Shown here: positions 12,410 through 25,762 of the stretch, one piece after another
Numbering within the stretch: the first letter of the stretch is position 1
Layout of the letters: each line of letters begins with the position of its first letter
Source of the DNA: Eledone cirrhosa
Taxonomy: Eukaryota
Assembly (NCBI GenBank): GCA_964016885.1
Contig: OZ024743.1
Coordinates: 145,824,001 to 145,888,000 of the forward strand
Length of the DNA: 64,000 bases
Direction of reading: 5' to 3'
The notes under the pieces: generated by a model
What the model was told of the DNA's origin: nothing
Seen by the model: only the letters and a program-made list of their open reading frames with translations
Databases searched by the model: none
Translations under genes and position numbers: made by a program

Positions 12410-15400
12410 CAGTGGTACCTTGGTTATCAGCCATAATCCATTCCAGAAAGTTGGCCAAAAACCAAAATGCACAAAAAACATAAGAAATTATGTAAATCTA
12501 ATTAATCCATTCTAAGCACCTCAAAATATTAACAAAAATACATTTTATACAGAATAACTATAGTTTTACATGCAAAAAACAATACATAATAAATATAAAT
12601 GACAAATAAATAGAATAAATGAACATTGAGCTTCACTTCACCTTTATTGAAGACATATGTAAGATGGCAAGGGGAGGGAAGGGAGGGTGTTATTGTTTGG
12701 AAGGGGAATCTCCTGCCATAAAGACTTAAGTAAGTCTTCTTCTGGGGTTATTTCCTTTCTCTGTCTCTTTGTGCCTCTAGAATCTACTTTAAACTGACTG
12801 ATTCCCTCTCTCACTAAAAACCTGTCCAGAGAGGTTTGTTTTTGTTCCCACTTTAAAAATTTACCTGAAATATGGCAAGGCATTAAACATGTTTATGACA
12901 TGGCTTGCAGCAGCTTTGTTAGGGTGATATTTTTCAAAAAAACTTTGCACCTCACTCCATTTTGAACAAATGTTCTTAATCACTGAAGAAGGCATATTCT
13001 CCTCTCTCTCCTCCTTTTCTGAAGCTATTTCTTTGGCTGCCATTTGTTGCTGCTCCAACTAAAGGTCTTGGAGTTTTTCAGAGGTCAGCTCTTCCCTGTG
13101 GTCCTCCACATCCTGCCTACTCACATCCAAACCCAGTGACATCCCCAAAGACACAATTGTTTCTGCACAGGCATAGGGTCATTAGCTCAGCCTCAAAGAC
13201 TTTTTGAAGAAGTGTACTTCGCAAGAAGAGAAGCAGAGGAAAGAAAGTTCAAGCATGTTCTACAACGTGAGGACCAAAAACGTGAGGTGTTCAGGATTGC
13301 TAGGCAATGTGTCAAGGAAAACCGTGATATTGTCGGGGAGAAGTGTGTACTTAATGATGACGGTGTACTTGCCATCACCGACGCTGATAAGAAGGTAGCT
13401 TGGAAGTGTCACTACGAAAGGCTACTAAATGAGGAGAATAAATGGGAGAAAGACAGTCTCCTCCACATTGACCCAATAGAGGGACCAGCAGTGTTAGTCG
13501 AAGGTAGTATAATAAGGCAATCAAAGATATGAAGATGGGTAAGGCGGCTGGGCCTTCGGAAATAGTTGCTGAGATGCTGAAAGCCTCTGGAACGGTGGGA
13601 CACACCATGGTCACCCGGATAGTAAACCAAGTCATACAGAATGGGGTTGTTCCGAAGGACTGGCGTAGCAGCATCATCGTTAACTGTTATAAGGGTAAAG
13701 GAGATGCCCTAGATAGGAGTAACTATAGAGGCATTAAATTAATCGACCAGGTCATGAAGGTCACGGAAAAAGTTATAGCGCAACTAATCAGAGAGAGAAT
13801 TGATCTAGATGAAATGCAGTTCGGTTTTGTGTCAGGCAAAAGTACCACAGACGCTCTTTTCATTGTACGACAACTACAGGAGAAGTACCTAGCTAAAAGT
13901 AAACCCCTATACTTAGCTTTTGTTGACTTGGAGAAAGCCTTCGACAGAGTCCGCCATTCCATTATCTGGTGGGCTCTTAGAAAACTAGGTGTTGACGAAT
14001 GGCTTGTGAGAGCTATACAAGCCATGTATAAAGAAACAGTCAGCAAGGTTAGAATTAACAACGAATATAGTGAAGAGTTTAGTGTAAAAGTTGGTGTACA
14101 TCAGGGCTCTGTTCTTAGCCCCCTACTATTTATTATTGCCCTTCAGGCTATAACAGTGGAGTTCAAGACCGGCTGCCCATGGGAACTCCTATACGCAGAT
14201 GATCTAACGCTCATAGCTGAATCAATGGCCGAGCTAGAGAAGAAATTCCAAACATGGAAACATGGCCTAGAATCAAAAGGGCTTAAAATTAACCTGGCTA
14301 AGACTAAAGTTCTAGTTTGTAGGAAAGAAAATAAGGCGACGGTCCCTTCCGGCAAATGGCCATACTCAGTGTGTAGGAAAGGCGTAGGTAGTAACTCCAT
14401 TTTATGTCCCAAATGCAAAGTATGGATGCATAAAAGATGTAGCGGGATCACAGGTAAGCTAACTAAGAACATAGATTTTACATGTGGCCGGTGCTCTGGT
14501 GCAATAAGTAGCAGCAAGTGCCCACAGAATACTAGCTCTTTCAATTGCGCAGAGGGTTCTATAGAAATAGTGGACAGCTTCCATTACCTGGGTGACAAAA
14601 TCAGCAGTGGGGGAGGGTGCTCTGAAAGTACAGTAGCTAGAGTCAGAACTGGATGGAAAAAGTTCAGAGAGCTTATACCACTATTAGCCACTAAAGGGTT
14701 CTCCCTAAAAATGAAAGGCAGGTTGTATGATGCCTGCATACGAACAGCAATGTTGCATGGCAGTGAGACCTGGGCATTGTGTGCAGAGGATATACGCAGA
14801 CTAGAGAGGAATGAAGCTTGCATGCTCCGCTGGATGTGTAATAGTAACATACGTGAACGGCAAAGCATAAGCGAACTAAGGAAAAAATTAGAAATAAGAG
14901 GGATCAGATGTTGTTTACTCGAGAGAAGGCTACGTTGGTATGGTCACGTGATGCGCATGAAAGACGACAGCTGTATAACAAAGTGCAGGGCAATAAAGAT
15001 AGATGGTAGCTACGGAGTAGGCAGACCCAGAAAAACCTGGGACGAGCTGATAAATTCCGACCTCACACACTTACACCTCTCCAAGACAATGTCACTGGAC
15101 CGAGACCTTTGGCGGTACTCAGTAATAGAGAAGACCCGCCTTACCTAAATACAAAGTAAAACCTACTACAGTCAGTAGGCATCTCTAACAAAATACACCC
15201 CCGCCCCACCACCCCCACCCCATCCACACCGCCCCTTTCAATGTAAAGTTATGTTGGTGCCACAACATCCAGGCCGAAACAAATGAGATCGTGTAGGTGT
15301 CACGACAAAAAAACACACAGTCCACGCTGTAATGTGGCCGTGTAGGCAACACGGTAAAAACCTCCCAGACCCACACTGTAAATGTGGTTGGTGTTAGGAA

Positions 15401-17039
15401 GGGCATCCAGCTGTAGAAAACCCGCCAGACAGTCCTATGCGAGCAAGACAATCACTCTTGCCTCAAGTGGGAAAACCCCCGTCCAAACCCATGCAAGCGT
15501 GGAACACGGACGTTAAACGATGATGATGATGATGATGACATTATGGCCACAATTTCTTCTAGCCAGACCTCAGTATCCTGGAAGATGCTCCCACCCTGGC
15601 TTTGTCTATGAGGTTTATGCAATTTAAAATGTTGAAGTGGTTCTTCCAGAACTCTCTTAGGGTTAACTTAGTGTCAGTGATCACTTCAAACCAGTTGAAA
15701 CTGTGCTTTTGTGTACAATTTCTTAAAATTTGAAATGACCGGCTGATCCATGGTTTGGTATTAATGGACAAGAACTTCACAGTAATAAAACTGAACAATT
15801 GGTGCTCCAAGCCTGGAGGATGAGTAGGAGCATTGTCCATTACCAGGAAGTAGTTGAGTGGCAACTGATTTTCAATGAGGTATTTTTTTACACTAGGTCC
15901 AAACACTTCATTGACCCACTCAATAAAAATTTGTCTTGTCACCCATTCCTTACTGTTAGCCCTCCACATTTAATCTACTGTTAATCAGATTGTTTTTTAA
16001 ACATTCATAGATTTTCAGAATGATACACTAGTAAATGCTTAACTTTAAAATCCTCACTGGCATTCCCACACAACAAAAAGAGTTAGCCTATCCTTCATAG
16101 ACATGTGTCCTGGCCTTTCCTTTTCCTCCTGTGTAATATAGGTCCTCATTGGCATTTTTTTTCAAAAAGAAGCCAGTCTCGTCACAGTTGAACTTTTTTT
16201 GGAGAAGGAATCCCTCAGCCTCCATGTAATCCTTGATTTCACTCATGAATTCTTCAGCTCCACATTTGTCTGATCTGGCAGCTTCTCCATGACTTAACCA
16301 GCCTCTACTAGCCTTAAATTCACTACCAGATGTATCAGCACTCATTCCAGGCATTTCTTTGAATAGATCTGTATGCAACTGCCTTGCTTTTTTGCAAATA
16401 ATTACTTCAAAAACACTATCTCCTGCTACCTGTTTTTCATATAACCACCTCAACAACTTTTCAACATCTTCCATTGTTTGTGATCTCTATTTCAACAGTA
16501 CATTAAAACCTTTTGCAGCCACAGCTTCTTTAATTTCTTTCTTTTTTGCCAGTATGGAACTGATTGTTGATGTCGACTTGCCATGCATACTAGCAAGATC
16601 AGCCACACTAACACCACTTTCATATTTTGCTACGAGTTCTTTTTTAAATTGTATCATGGTTCTCATTTTTTTTTTGGTGGGGCTGGCACTCAAAACTTTC
16701 TTTGGACCCATGGGGCTTATTTAAAAGTAAAACTAAATAAAGAAACACAAAAACACTATGTAAAACGAACATTTTCGGGTTAATGCTAGGGAAGATGATC
16801 ACTTAGCAAGAGACAAAGGCAGACTGAGTCACATACACACATGATGCTTTGTGTGGGAGCTTGGCTTGGGGAAGTCACGCAGAAACAAACAAGCAAGAAT
16901 GTACAGGTTCATAACAGATGGATTTCTTTGTTCGATAACCAAGAAGAGGTATGATTTCTGAGACATATTTTCCCCCAAAAAAGATGACAATAGCCGAATC
17001 GTGCAATAACAGAAGTGCTTGATAACCAAGGTTCCACCG
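12410..17039 (-). mobile_element. pogo/Tigger-like DNA transposon, full extent but degenerate, interrupted by an RTE
   Basis: TIRs CAGTGGTACCTTGGTTATCA / CGGTGGAACCTTGGTTATCA with TA on both sides. ORF fragments: psq HTH (16487-16711), CENP-B HTH and 'FNCDETG' (16088-16474), 'LVMDNAPTHP' (15559-15969), C-terminal 'QTSLDRF'. Confidence 0.92.
13208..15538 (+). mobile_element. RTE subfamily A, 5'-truncated, young
   Basis: ORFs 13212-13532 and 13529-15148 (539 aa, complete RT with YADD), 3'UTR and (GAT)n tail. Confidence 0.95.
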
Positions 17040-17399
17040 TATATTAAATTGATGTATGCAAGAGAGATAACTAGGTTTATATTGTTAGATGAAGAAAAAC
17101 TTGCGTTGATATTTGTAGGTACACAGTGTAAAGGAAAACCAACTAAACCAGGGAAGAGGTATAAGGTTAAGTTTCTTGAGATACATAGGATACAATGTTA
17201 TAGAAATATTCAACTCCTGCTTGAATTACAGTAGTAATGATGATGCTCAAACCATATCACCTCCTTGAAGATACTAACTTAACTTGTGAAGTGTTTTTCC
17301 TTGCATTATACAGCAGTTGATGACCAAGATTCTATTAAGAATAAGAAATGTCAAGGAAAACCTTAGGTCTACTATAAACATTATAATTGCTTCAACATT

Positions 17400-17730
17400 T
17401 ATTTTCCCATATGGCTTGGACAAATCTGTAGCAGAGCAGCCTGTTATTACTGTTCTCAATTCACTGCCATCTTGTCTAGAAAGACCAACATCCTGAAAAC
17501 TTTGATTTTTCTAGATCTTCCTCTTCCACAGGTACCTTCCAATCTCAGCATATAGCACCTATTTCACCCAGCACTTAACGTCAATTCACTTTAGCTGAAC
17601 TTAGCAACAATGTTGCTCTCCGGAACATATTAGCTAATACTATCAATACCCAGCCATTCTTTCAACTTACATGTCCCCCACATTTTAACATTTACAATAA
17701 AAGATAAATGCCTCATGCATCTTCTATTAT
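17400..17730 (-). mobile_element. Highly decayed RTE 3' remnant
   Basis: Residual similarity to the RTE C-terminal coding region and terminal segment. Confidence 0.4.
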
Positions 17731-18293
17731 AATTACAGCCAGAATGCTTTATAAGAATATTAAATTTACCCCAGTACTTGACTGGTACTTTCTTTTATCG
17801 ACCATAAAAACAATGAAAAGCAAAGTTGACCTCAACAAGATTTGAAATTAGAATGTCAAAGGATGTATCTAAATACTGCAAAGCATACTGTCTTCTCCAG
17901 TGCTAACAGTAAATCTCAGAACCAAGTAGGAAATTGGTGGTTCAGGTGTAAAGAATATTTAGACTCCTAAAGCAACTAATGCTGACAGTTAAGTAGATAA
18001 AGGTGGCAATAATATTGGTTTCTTACATTGGCACAAAAGGAATTCAGGAAGAAGGCAGTTGATTAAATAGACTCCACTACTTAACTAGTACTTACTCTGG
18101 GAGAATGAAAGGCAAAGTTAACCTCAACGGGCTTAATCTAATGAAAGGAATATTTCAGAATAGTGATTTTTCTAATTTCTAAAACAATCATATACTACAT
18201 TACCATTCATAAATTTTCCAGTTCTATTTTATTGCTTTAATGATAATCAATAAATAAATAAATAGTTAGAGAAAAATGAGAATTTCTTCTTAC

Positions 18294-18435
18294 CTTTGGT
18301 AAATCACATGCATTGACAGCTGCCACAACATCAGACTTCAACTTTTCAATATTACATAATCCCAATCTAGGAATGATATCATCTCCTAGTACAACAGAGC
18401 AGGTAAAGTCTTGGCTGTAGTCACTAGCTGAACAG
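18294..18435 (-). CDS. DAGLB: DAGL-beta-like exon with catalytic Asp region, 142 nt
   Basis: (1 nt completing TGC)+CSASDYSQDFTCSVVLGDDIIPRLGLCNIEKLKSDVVAAVNACDLPK, with the 'G.D.IPRL' motif. Ends are cttcAG / GTaaga. Phase matches the previous exon. Confidence 0.93.
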
Positions 18436-18509
18436 CTGAAGAATAGAATCAAATACTGAAATTAATGCAAATACACTGATATTCTTTTCACAGAACAAAC
18501 CAATTAATT

Positions 18510-19195
18510 CAATAATTGTTTCTACTTTTGGCACTAGGCCGCAAATTACCCAGTGCATTACTGGTACTTTATTTTATCGACCCCATAAGGATGAAAGGCA
18601 AAGTTAACCTTGGCGGGATTTGAACTCAAAATGGCAAGGGGCTTAAATCTATGCATCAAAGCATGGTGTCCGACCCTCTACCGATACTGCCAATCCACCT
18701 CCATTTGAATATTACCATGGAAAATCATATCTTAAGATAAAGCTTAAATTATTGAACTAATTATGAATTGGCTGACAGTTTAAATAGTACATATTTTGTC
18801 TAACTATGGGGAATAACTCGTTGATCATGCAGTAAAGTACACATCATATATATTTTGTTGATATATTATTAATATAGAGAAGGAATGAAATAATATATAA
18901 ATAATTGTTTCTACTTTAGGCACAAGGCCAGCAATTACCCAGTGCATTACTGGTACTTTATTTTATCGAGCCCCGTAAGGATGAAAAGCAAAGTCAACCT
19001 CGGCGGGATTTGAACTCAGATCGTAAAGGGACGTAACTATGCTGGAAAGCATGGCATCCGACCCTCTACTGATACTGCCAATCCACCGCCCAAGCACAAG
19101 GCCAACAATTTGGGGGGAATGGAGAGTTGATGAAATTGCCCCCAATGCATTACTGGTACTTTATTTTATCGACCCCAAAAGAATGAAAGGCAAAA
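18510..19195 (-). mobile_element. Cluster of SINE family 2 copies (18510-18700, 18898-19090, 19092-19195)
   Basis: Shared core 'CTGGTACTTTATTTTATCGACCCC..AAGGATGAAAGGCAAAGT.AACCT.GGCGGGATTTGAACTCA', giving B box GAGTTCAAATCC on the minus strand. Older copies at 17765-17880 and 18010-18130. Confidence 0.82.
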
Positions 19196-19394
19196 AATAA
19201 TAAAATTATATTGGTGGATATATACAAATAATGTAGAATAACCCCTAAAATATGCTGCAGTTAGACTTTTCTACCAATTGTGCAATTGCTCAACCTGTTA
19301 GAAATGACAGTATAATCTCCCTCAACATTTTCATTTTAATTTGTACTGGTATCTACAATGGACTTTAAACACATTTTCTCATTTGTACTAATTC

Positions 19395-22300
19395 ATCATC
19401 ATCATCATTGAAGCAAGTTTGGTTGTCTTGCTCGTATAGGACTGTCTGGCGGGTTTTCTACGGCTGGATGCCCTTCCTAACACCAACCATGTTTACAGTG
19501 TGGACTGGGAGGTTTTTACCGTGTTACCTACACGGCCACATTACAGCGTGGACTGTGTGTTTTTTTGTCGTGACACCTACACGACCTCATTTATTTAGGG
19601 CTAGATGTTGTGGTACCAACATAACTTTACATCGGAAGGGGGTAGTGTGGATGGGGTGGGGGTAGTGGGACAGGGGTGTATTTTGGCAAGAGGTGCCTAC
19701 TGACTAGGTTTCGCTTTGCACTTAGGTAGTAAGGCGGGTCTTCTGTATTACTGTGTAGCGCCAAAGATCTCGATCCAGTGACATTGTCTTGGAGAGGTGT
19801 AAGTGTGTAAGGTCGGAATTTATCAAGCCGTCCCAGGTTTTTCTGGGTCTGCCTACTCCATGGCTACCGTCTATTTTGATCGCCCTGCACTTTTTTATAC
19901 AGCTGTCGTCTTTCATGCGCATCACGTGACCATACCAACGTAGTCTTCTCTCAAGTAAACAGCATCTGATCCCTTTTATTCCTAATTTCTCACTTAGTTC
20001 ATTTATGCTTTGCCGTTCACGTATATTACTATTACACATCCAACAGAGCATGCAAGCTTCGTTCCTCTCCAGTCTGCGTAGATCCTCTGCACACAATGCC
20101 CAAGTCTCACTGCCATGTAACATTGCTGTTCATATGCCGGCATCATACAGCCTGCCTTTAATTTTTCGAGAGAAACCTTTAGCAGCCAATAGTGGTATAA
20201 GCTCTCTGAACTTTTTCCCTCCCGTTCTGACTCTAGCTACTGTACTTTCAGAGCACCCTCCACCACTGTAGATTTTGTCACCCAGGTAACGGAAGGTGTC
20301 CACTATTTCTATAGAACCATCTGTGCAATGGAATGGGCTAGTATTCTGTGGGCACTTGCTGCTATTTATTGCACCCGAGCACCGGCCACATATAAAATCT
20401 ATATTCTTAGTTAGCTTACCTGTGATCCCACTATATCTTTTATGCACCCGTACTTTGCATTTGGGACATAAAATGGAGTTTCTGCCTACTCCTTTCCTAC
20501 ACACTGAGCATGGCCATTTCCCAGATGGGACCAGTGCCCTATTTTCCTTCCTACATACTAGAACTTTAGTCTTAGACAGGTTAATTTTAAGGTCTTTTGA
20601 TTCTAGGCCATGTTTCCATGTTTGGAATTTCTTCTCTAGTTCAGCCATTGATTCAGCTATAAGTGTTAGATCATCAGCGTATAGGAGTTCCCATGGGCAG
20701 CCAGTCTTGAACTCCTCTGTTATAGCCCGAAGGGCAATAATAGGAGGGGGCTAAGGACGGAGCCCTGATGAATACCAACTTTTACGCTAAACTCTTCACT
20801 ATATTCGTTGTTAATTCTAACCTTGCTGACTGTTTCTTTATACATGGCTTGTATAGCTCTCACAAGCCATTCATCAACACCTAGTTTTCCGAGAGCCCAC
20901 CAGATAATGGGGCGTGGGACTGTGTCAAAGGCTTTCTCCAAGTCAACAAAAGCTAAGTATAGGGGTTTACTTTTAGCTAGGTACTTCTCCTGTAGTTGTC
21001 GTACAATGAAAAGAGCGTCTGTGGTACTTTTACCTGACACAAACCCGAACTGCATTTCATCTAGATCAATTTGCACTCTGATTAGTTGCGATATTATTTG
21101 TTCTGTGACCTTCATGACATGGTCAATTAATTTAATGCCTCTATAGTTTCCCCTATCTAGGGCAGCTCCTTTACCCTTGTAGCAGTTAATGATGTTGCTG
21201 CTACGCAGGTCCTTTGGTACAACCCCATTCTGTATAACTTGGTTTACTATCCGGGTGACCATAGTGTGTTCCAACGTTCCAGATGCTTTCAGCATTTCAG
21301 CGACTATTTCCGAAGGCCCAGCCGCCTTGCCCATCTTCATATCTTTGATTGCCTTACTTATTATACTACTTTCAACTTGCACTGTTTTACCTCTATTGAA
21401 TCGATGTGGGGGAGACTGTCTTTCTCCCATTTATTCTCCTCATTTAGTAGCCTTTCGTAGTGACACTTCCAAGCTACCTTCTTATCAGCGTCAGTGATGG
21501 CAAGTACACCATCATCATTAAGGACACACTTCTCCCCGACAATATCACGGTTTTCCTTGACACATTGCCTCGCAATCCTGAACACGTTTTTGGTCCTCGC
21601 GTTGTAAAACATGCTTGAACTTTCTTTCCTCTGCTTCCCTTCTTGCAAAGTACACTTGTCTCCTAGCTTCCCTCCTGGCCACTTGATAGTCTTCTCTACT
21701 TCCCCCATCCCGCCATACTTTCCAAGCCTGCTTTTTGGCATTGATTGACTCCTCCACCTTACTGTTCCACCACCACGTTACTCTCTTGCTACCTATAGGT
21801 CTGCTCCAGCCACAGACTTCATCTGTCGCCTTCAGCAGGTTAGCTTTCAGGAATTCCCACTGTTCCTCTATATTGTACGACTCAAATTGCTCTTCCTTAC
21901 TGTCAAAAGCATCAAGTAATATGCTTTTAAATTTATTACTGGCTGCGGGGTTCTTTAGCTTCCATATTTTTCTCCTGAGGATAGTCCTCCTCTGTTGTCG
22001 AGTACATCTTGTCCTGACTATGAGGTCGCTAACTACGAGTCTATGTTGGGAGGTGCATTCTTCATGGGGGGGGGGGGGGGATTTAGTGTTTACAACAGAC
22101 ACTCTATCACGTCTTCTGGTAAGGATATAATCTATCTGACTGGCGTGTTCCCCTGATCTATAGGTGATCAAGTGATTGTCTCGTTTTTTGAAGTTAGTGT
22201 TACAGATAGTTAGGTTATTTACGTCACAGAATTCCAGGATTCTGGAGCCTTCCTCCTTTCTAGTACCAAACCCATAGCCTCCATGGATTCCGTCATAGCT

Positions 22301-23300
22301 GTCACAATGTTGTCCAACGTGACCATTTAGGTCGCCAGCAATAATTATGTAGTCACTGTCGATTATTTGGGAGGTAGTGAGCATTAATGACTCATAGAAT
22401 CTGTCTTTTATAACGCCGGACAGTCCGGATCGGGGTGTGTACGCAGATATTATTGTCACTGTAGTTCTATTTAGGACAAGTCTTATTTTAATTATTCTGT
22501 TGTTCACTCTATTTACGTCTATTAGCTTATCTGCCCACTTTTCTGCTAGCCTGATTCCTACTCCACCCAGCCCATTGTCATTTCCCACCCAAAAAAGCTT
22601 ATAGCATCGTTTTTTACCCACAATGAATCTAGCAGACTCTTGGATACAGCAAACATCAACCTCCTTATGTTCAAGCATTTCTGCAACCTCGTTAGAGCGA
22701 CCTTTTAAGGTGCCTACATTCATGGTACCAACTCTGAAGTTTTGGATTGCATTTGGTGGGTGGGAACGGTGGGGCGCAGGGAGGGGTGAGGGAGATGGGG
22801 TTATGTTGGCCATCTGCGGCCAAAATAAAGAGGAGGAGTCCTTGCATTTTCGTCCGGCAGCATGAGGTGAATTTGTCCTTATCTTTGGCATTGTCACTGA
22901 GTGTCCAGATTTCTCAGACTCTCCAGAATTCCATAGTCCATCTATCATATCGAGAGGCAACCAGGTCTAAACTTAATAAGTGATAGCATAGGTCGCTGAC
23001 TTATAATTGGTCCAAGTAATTATGGTGGTGAGTGGGGCAGGTGGGAGGGGTATGGGGTAGTTAGCGAGAAGGTTTAAATAAAATCCTCGAGCAACAGGTT
23101 TATTTTATATTTGGAGAGAGAAGGAAGGGATTGAGAGAGAGAACCAGCAGGCGCGTATACAATATATAGGGGGAGGGGGGTAAAGAATAGGAGGGAGCAG
23201 GAAAGGCTATTTTATAAAATCCTAGAATTTCGGCCATAATTAAACAAATGAGAAGGTTTAAATAAAATCCTCGAATTTTGGGCATAATTGAACAAGCATA
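19395..23300 (-). mobile_element. RTE subfamily A, near full-length, frameshifted
   Basis: APE endonuclease ORF 21545-22960 (GDLNGH, IDYIL, SQH) followed by RT fragments. Putative 5'UTR with short internal repeats extends to about 23300; that end is uncertain. Confidence 0.92.
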
Positions 23301-23436
23301 TAACAGTAATAAGAGAAGAATTATGGGATTTTAAAGTACAAGAAGATTATTTTGAACAATCATACAATTGTTCTTTATATACTTATTTCAATGACTTATT
23401 GTGCTACTTTCACACAATTTGGTAGAAAATATTTTA

Positions 23437-23562
23437 TGATAATTGTTTCTACGTTAGGCACAAGGCCAGCAATTACCCAGTGTATTACTGGTACTTTATT
23501 TTATCGACCCCGTAAGGATGAAAGGCAAAGTTAACCTCGGCGGGATTTGAACTCAGAATGGC
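23437..23562 (-). mobile_element. SINE family 2, partial
   Basis: Same core as 18510-18700. Confidence 0.8.
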
Positions 23563-23567
23563 AAGAA

Positions 23568-24105
23568 TGAAACATAAACGAATTGAGAGAGAGACTAAGC
23601 ATAAGAGGAATCAAATGTTGTGTTCTGGAGAGGAGATTACGTTGGTATGGCCATGTGATGCATATGAAGGACGACAGCTGTATAAAAAAGTGCAGAGCAA
23701 TGAAAATTGATGGAAGCTACAGAGTGGGTAGACCAAGAAAAACTTGGGACGAGGTGATAAAAACTGACCTTGCTCTCTTACACCTCTCTAAGACAATGTC
23801 ACTGGATCAAGATCTTTGGCATCATGCAGTTGTACAGAAGACCCGACTGCCCTTGCATACAAACCTACAGTCAGTAGGCACCTTTTAACCCAATGTATAC
23901 CCCCACAGCACACACCCTACCCCATCTTCCCTTTTCCGTCCACTGTGTTGATGACACAACAGTCCACACTGTAAGGTGGTCGTGCAGGAGACACGGTAAA
24001 AAGGTCCCAGTCCACATTGTAAATGTGGTTGGTGTTAGGAAGGGCATCCAGCTGCAAAAAACCCTGCCAGAGACACTTCCATACGAGCGAGACACAGCCA
24101 CTCTC
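23568..24105 (+). mobile_element. RTE 3' fragment
   Basis: ORF 23583-23888 (RLRWYGHV...GRPRKTW) plus 3'UTR. Confidence 0.88.
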
Positions 24106-24548
24106 TAAAATAGAAAATACTTCAACCAGAAAGCTGCTAACTCTATATAAATCAGAAATAGCTCCTTCACTAGAATATTGTTCATGTATTTGAGAAGTTG
24201 AACCTATCTTACATGCACACTGTAGAACACACACTAAATCTCACTTGTTAGAACTACCTTTCTGCTCATACAAAGTATGTTATCCAGTCCTTCTGTCTTC
24301 CTAGAACTGCTCCCTACCTTATCATTTCAACAATTAACTTTCAAACTGAATATGAATTCCACTAACATCCCTCCATTCTTCCAACTATTTAGTTGAGGAT
24401 ATTTTTTAATAGAAAAATACATATCCTCGTTTCGATTTATTTTGGTGAATTTTCTTATGGAGATAAAAAAAAAATGCTTCACAAGTGGAAAATAGTATTG
24501 TATAAAGATTTTTAAAAAGAGGGATGAAAATAATATTTCAATACAAAC

Positions 24549-24676
24549 CATAAAAGACCACCTGGTGGAGCATAAGCAAAACAGTAGACATCATTATATT
24601 TTTCTTTCAAAAGGATAGCAAGTATAGCAGCTGTACCAGCTCCTAAGCTATGTCCAGTCACAACTATCTTCTGGTT
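24549..24676 (-). CDS. DAGLB: DAGL-beta-like exon with catalytic Ser, 128 nt
   Basis: NQKIVVTGHSLGAGTAAILAILLKEKYNDVYCFAYAPPGGLL+TG, with the GxSxG nucleophile elbow. Ends are tttcAG / GTttgt. Confidence 0.95.
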
Positions 24677-24980
24677 CTGAAACAGACAGCAAATAAATCA
24701 GAAATTAACATCAGTAAAACAGTGAATGTTTGATATTTATAACATTTGTCCATATTTTGCCATATATCTCAAACTTCAGGCACTTACAGAGCACAAATAT
24801 TTGTGTTGTTAGAAATTACTTATAAAGTTAAGGGAGCTTACTCATAAGGTTACACTAACCATGGATAAATTCAGAAACACATCATAATCCTCCTTTTGAT
24901 TACCAAAATACTAACGTAAACACAAAATATATATATTTGATTAAAAAAATAATAATTAAATGGAATGAGAAAAAACTTAC

Positions 24981-25136
24981 ACCTGTTTTCTGAAAGCCTC
25001 TTTCTATGAGAGACTGAACTTCAAGTTCATCTCGAATATAACGTGCTGCTTGTAAGATACCTTTGTGACAACAAAAATCATGATCTCCAGTCTCAAACAT
25101 CTTTTCAGTATTTGCTGTTAAATCAGTAAGTGCATC
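24981..25136 (-). CDS. DAGLB: DAGL-beta-like exon, 156 nt
   Basis: DALTDLTANTEKMFETGDHDFCCHKGILQAARYIRDELEVQSLIERGFQKTG, with 'D..TDL' and 'HKGI.QAARY' motifs. Ends are ctctAG / GTaagt. Confidence 0.92.
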
Positions 25137-25629
25137 CTAGAGAGGAGACAACAACATTCAATGAATGTAACATGCAAGTGAATGTGAGCTAGCTTCAAAA
25201 TGAATTTCAGTGAATAGAGTGGCATGTAGTGAATATAGTGACACAACTAAACAAAACATTAAAAGAAATCAATGGCAAATTACAAGAATAATAAAAGACA
25301 CTCAATATTTTATTAACTGTAACATAATATGTCTGCTGGGACCAGCTTGCATCTGTGGTTCTACATGCTAGAGTGTTCTCACACACTGTCCAGGTATATG
25401 TCATTGAGGTAGCAATGGTATAAGTTGCTGATATTTATAATAATAATGAAAATTATTGTGTACAGTGCTTACACACACTTTGATACAAGTATATACACAC
25501 ATATTTTCGACCAATTATACATGGGTTCTCCAAAGGATAATTCAGACTAAAAATATATATTTGAGAAAAAGTGACAAAATCTAACAATTAATTAGATAAA
25601 AAACGTTTGACAAGTTAGACTTACATTAA

Positions 25630-25762
25630 CCCTTTAGCATTTAAAACGTATCCGTATCCATATCCTGCCAGAATTCTCTCACTTCTTTCTGTTCAAACCA
25701 GTCATAACCGGCTGCTCATACCAACGTTAACGTAAATATAGAGTAATGTAAATGCTAAAGGG
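25630..25762. mobile_element. piggyBac-type MITE
   Basis: Perfect 14-bp TIR CCCTTTAGCATTTA with TTAA on both sides. Confidence 0.8.

Noticed and set aside
22960-23300. HDV-like ribozyme at the RTE 5' end
   Set aside because: No nested double-pseudoknot pattern could be found by eye; only short direct repeats are visible.
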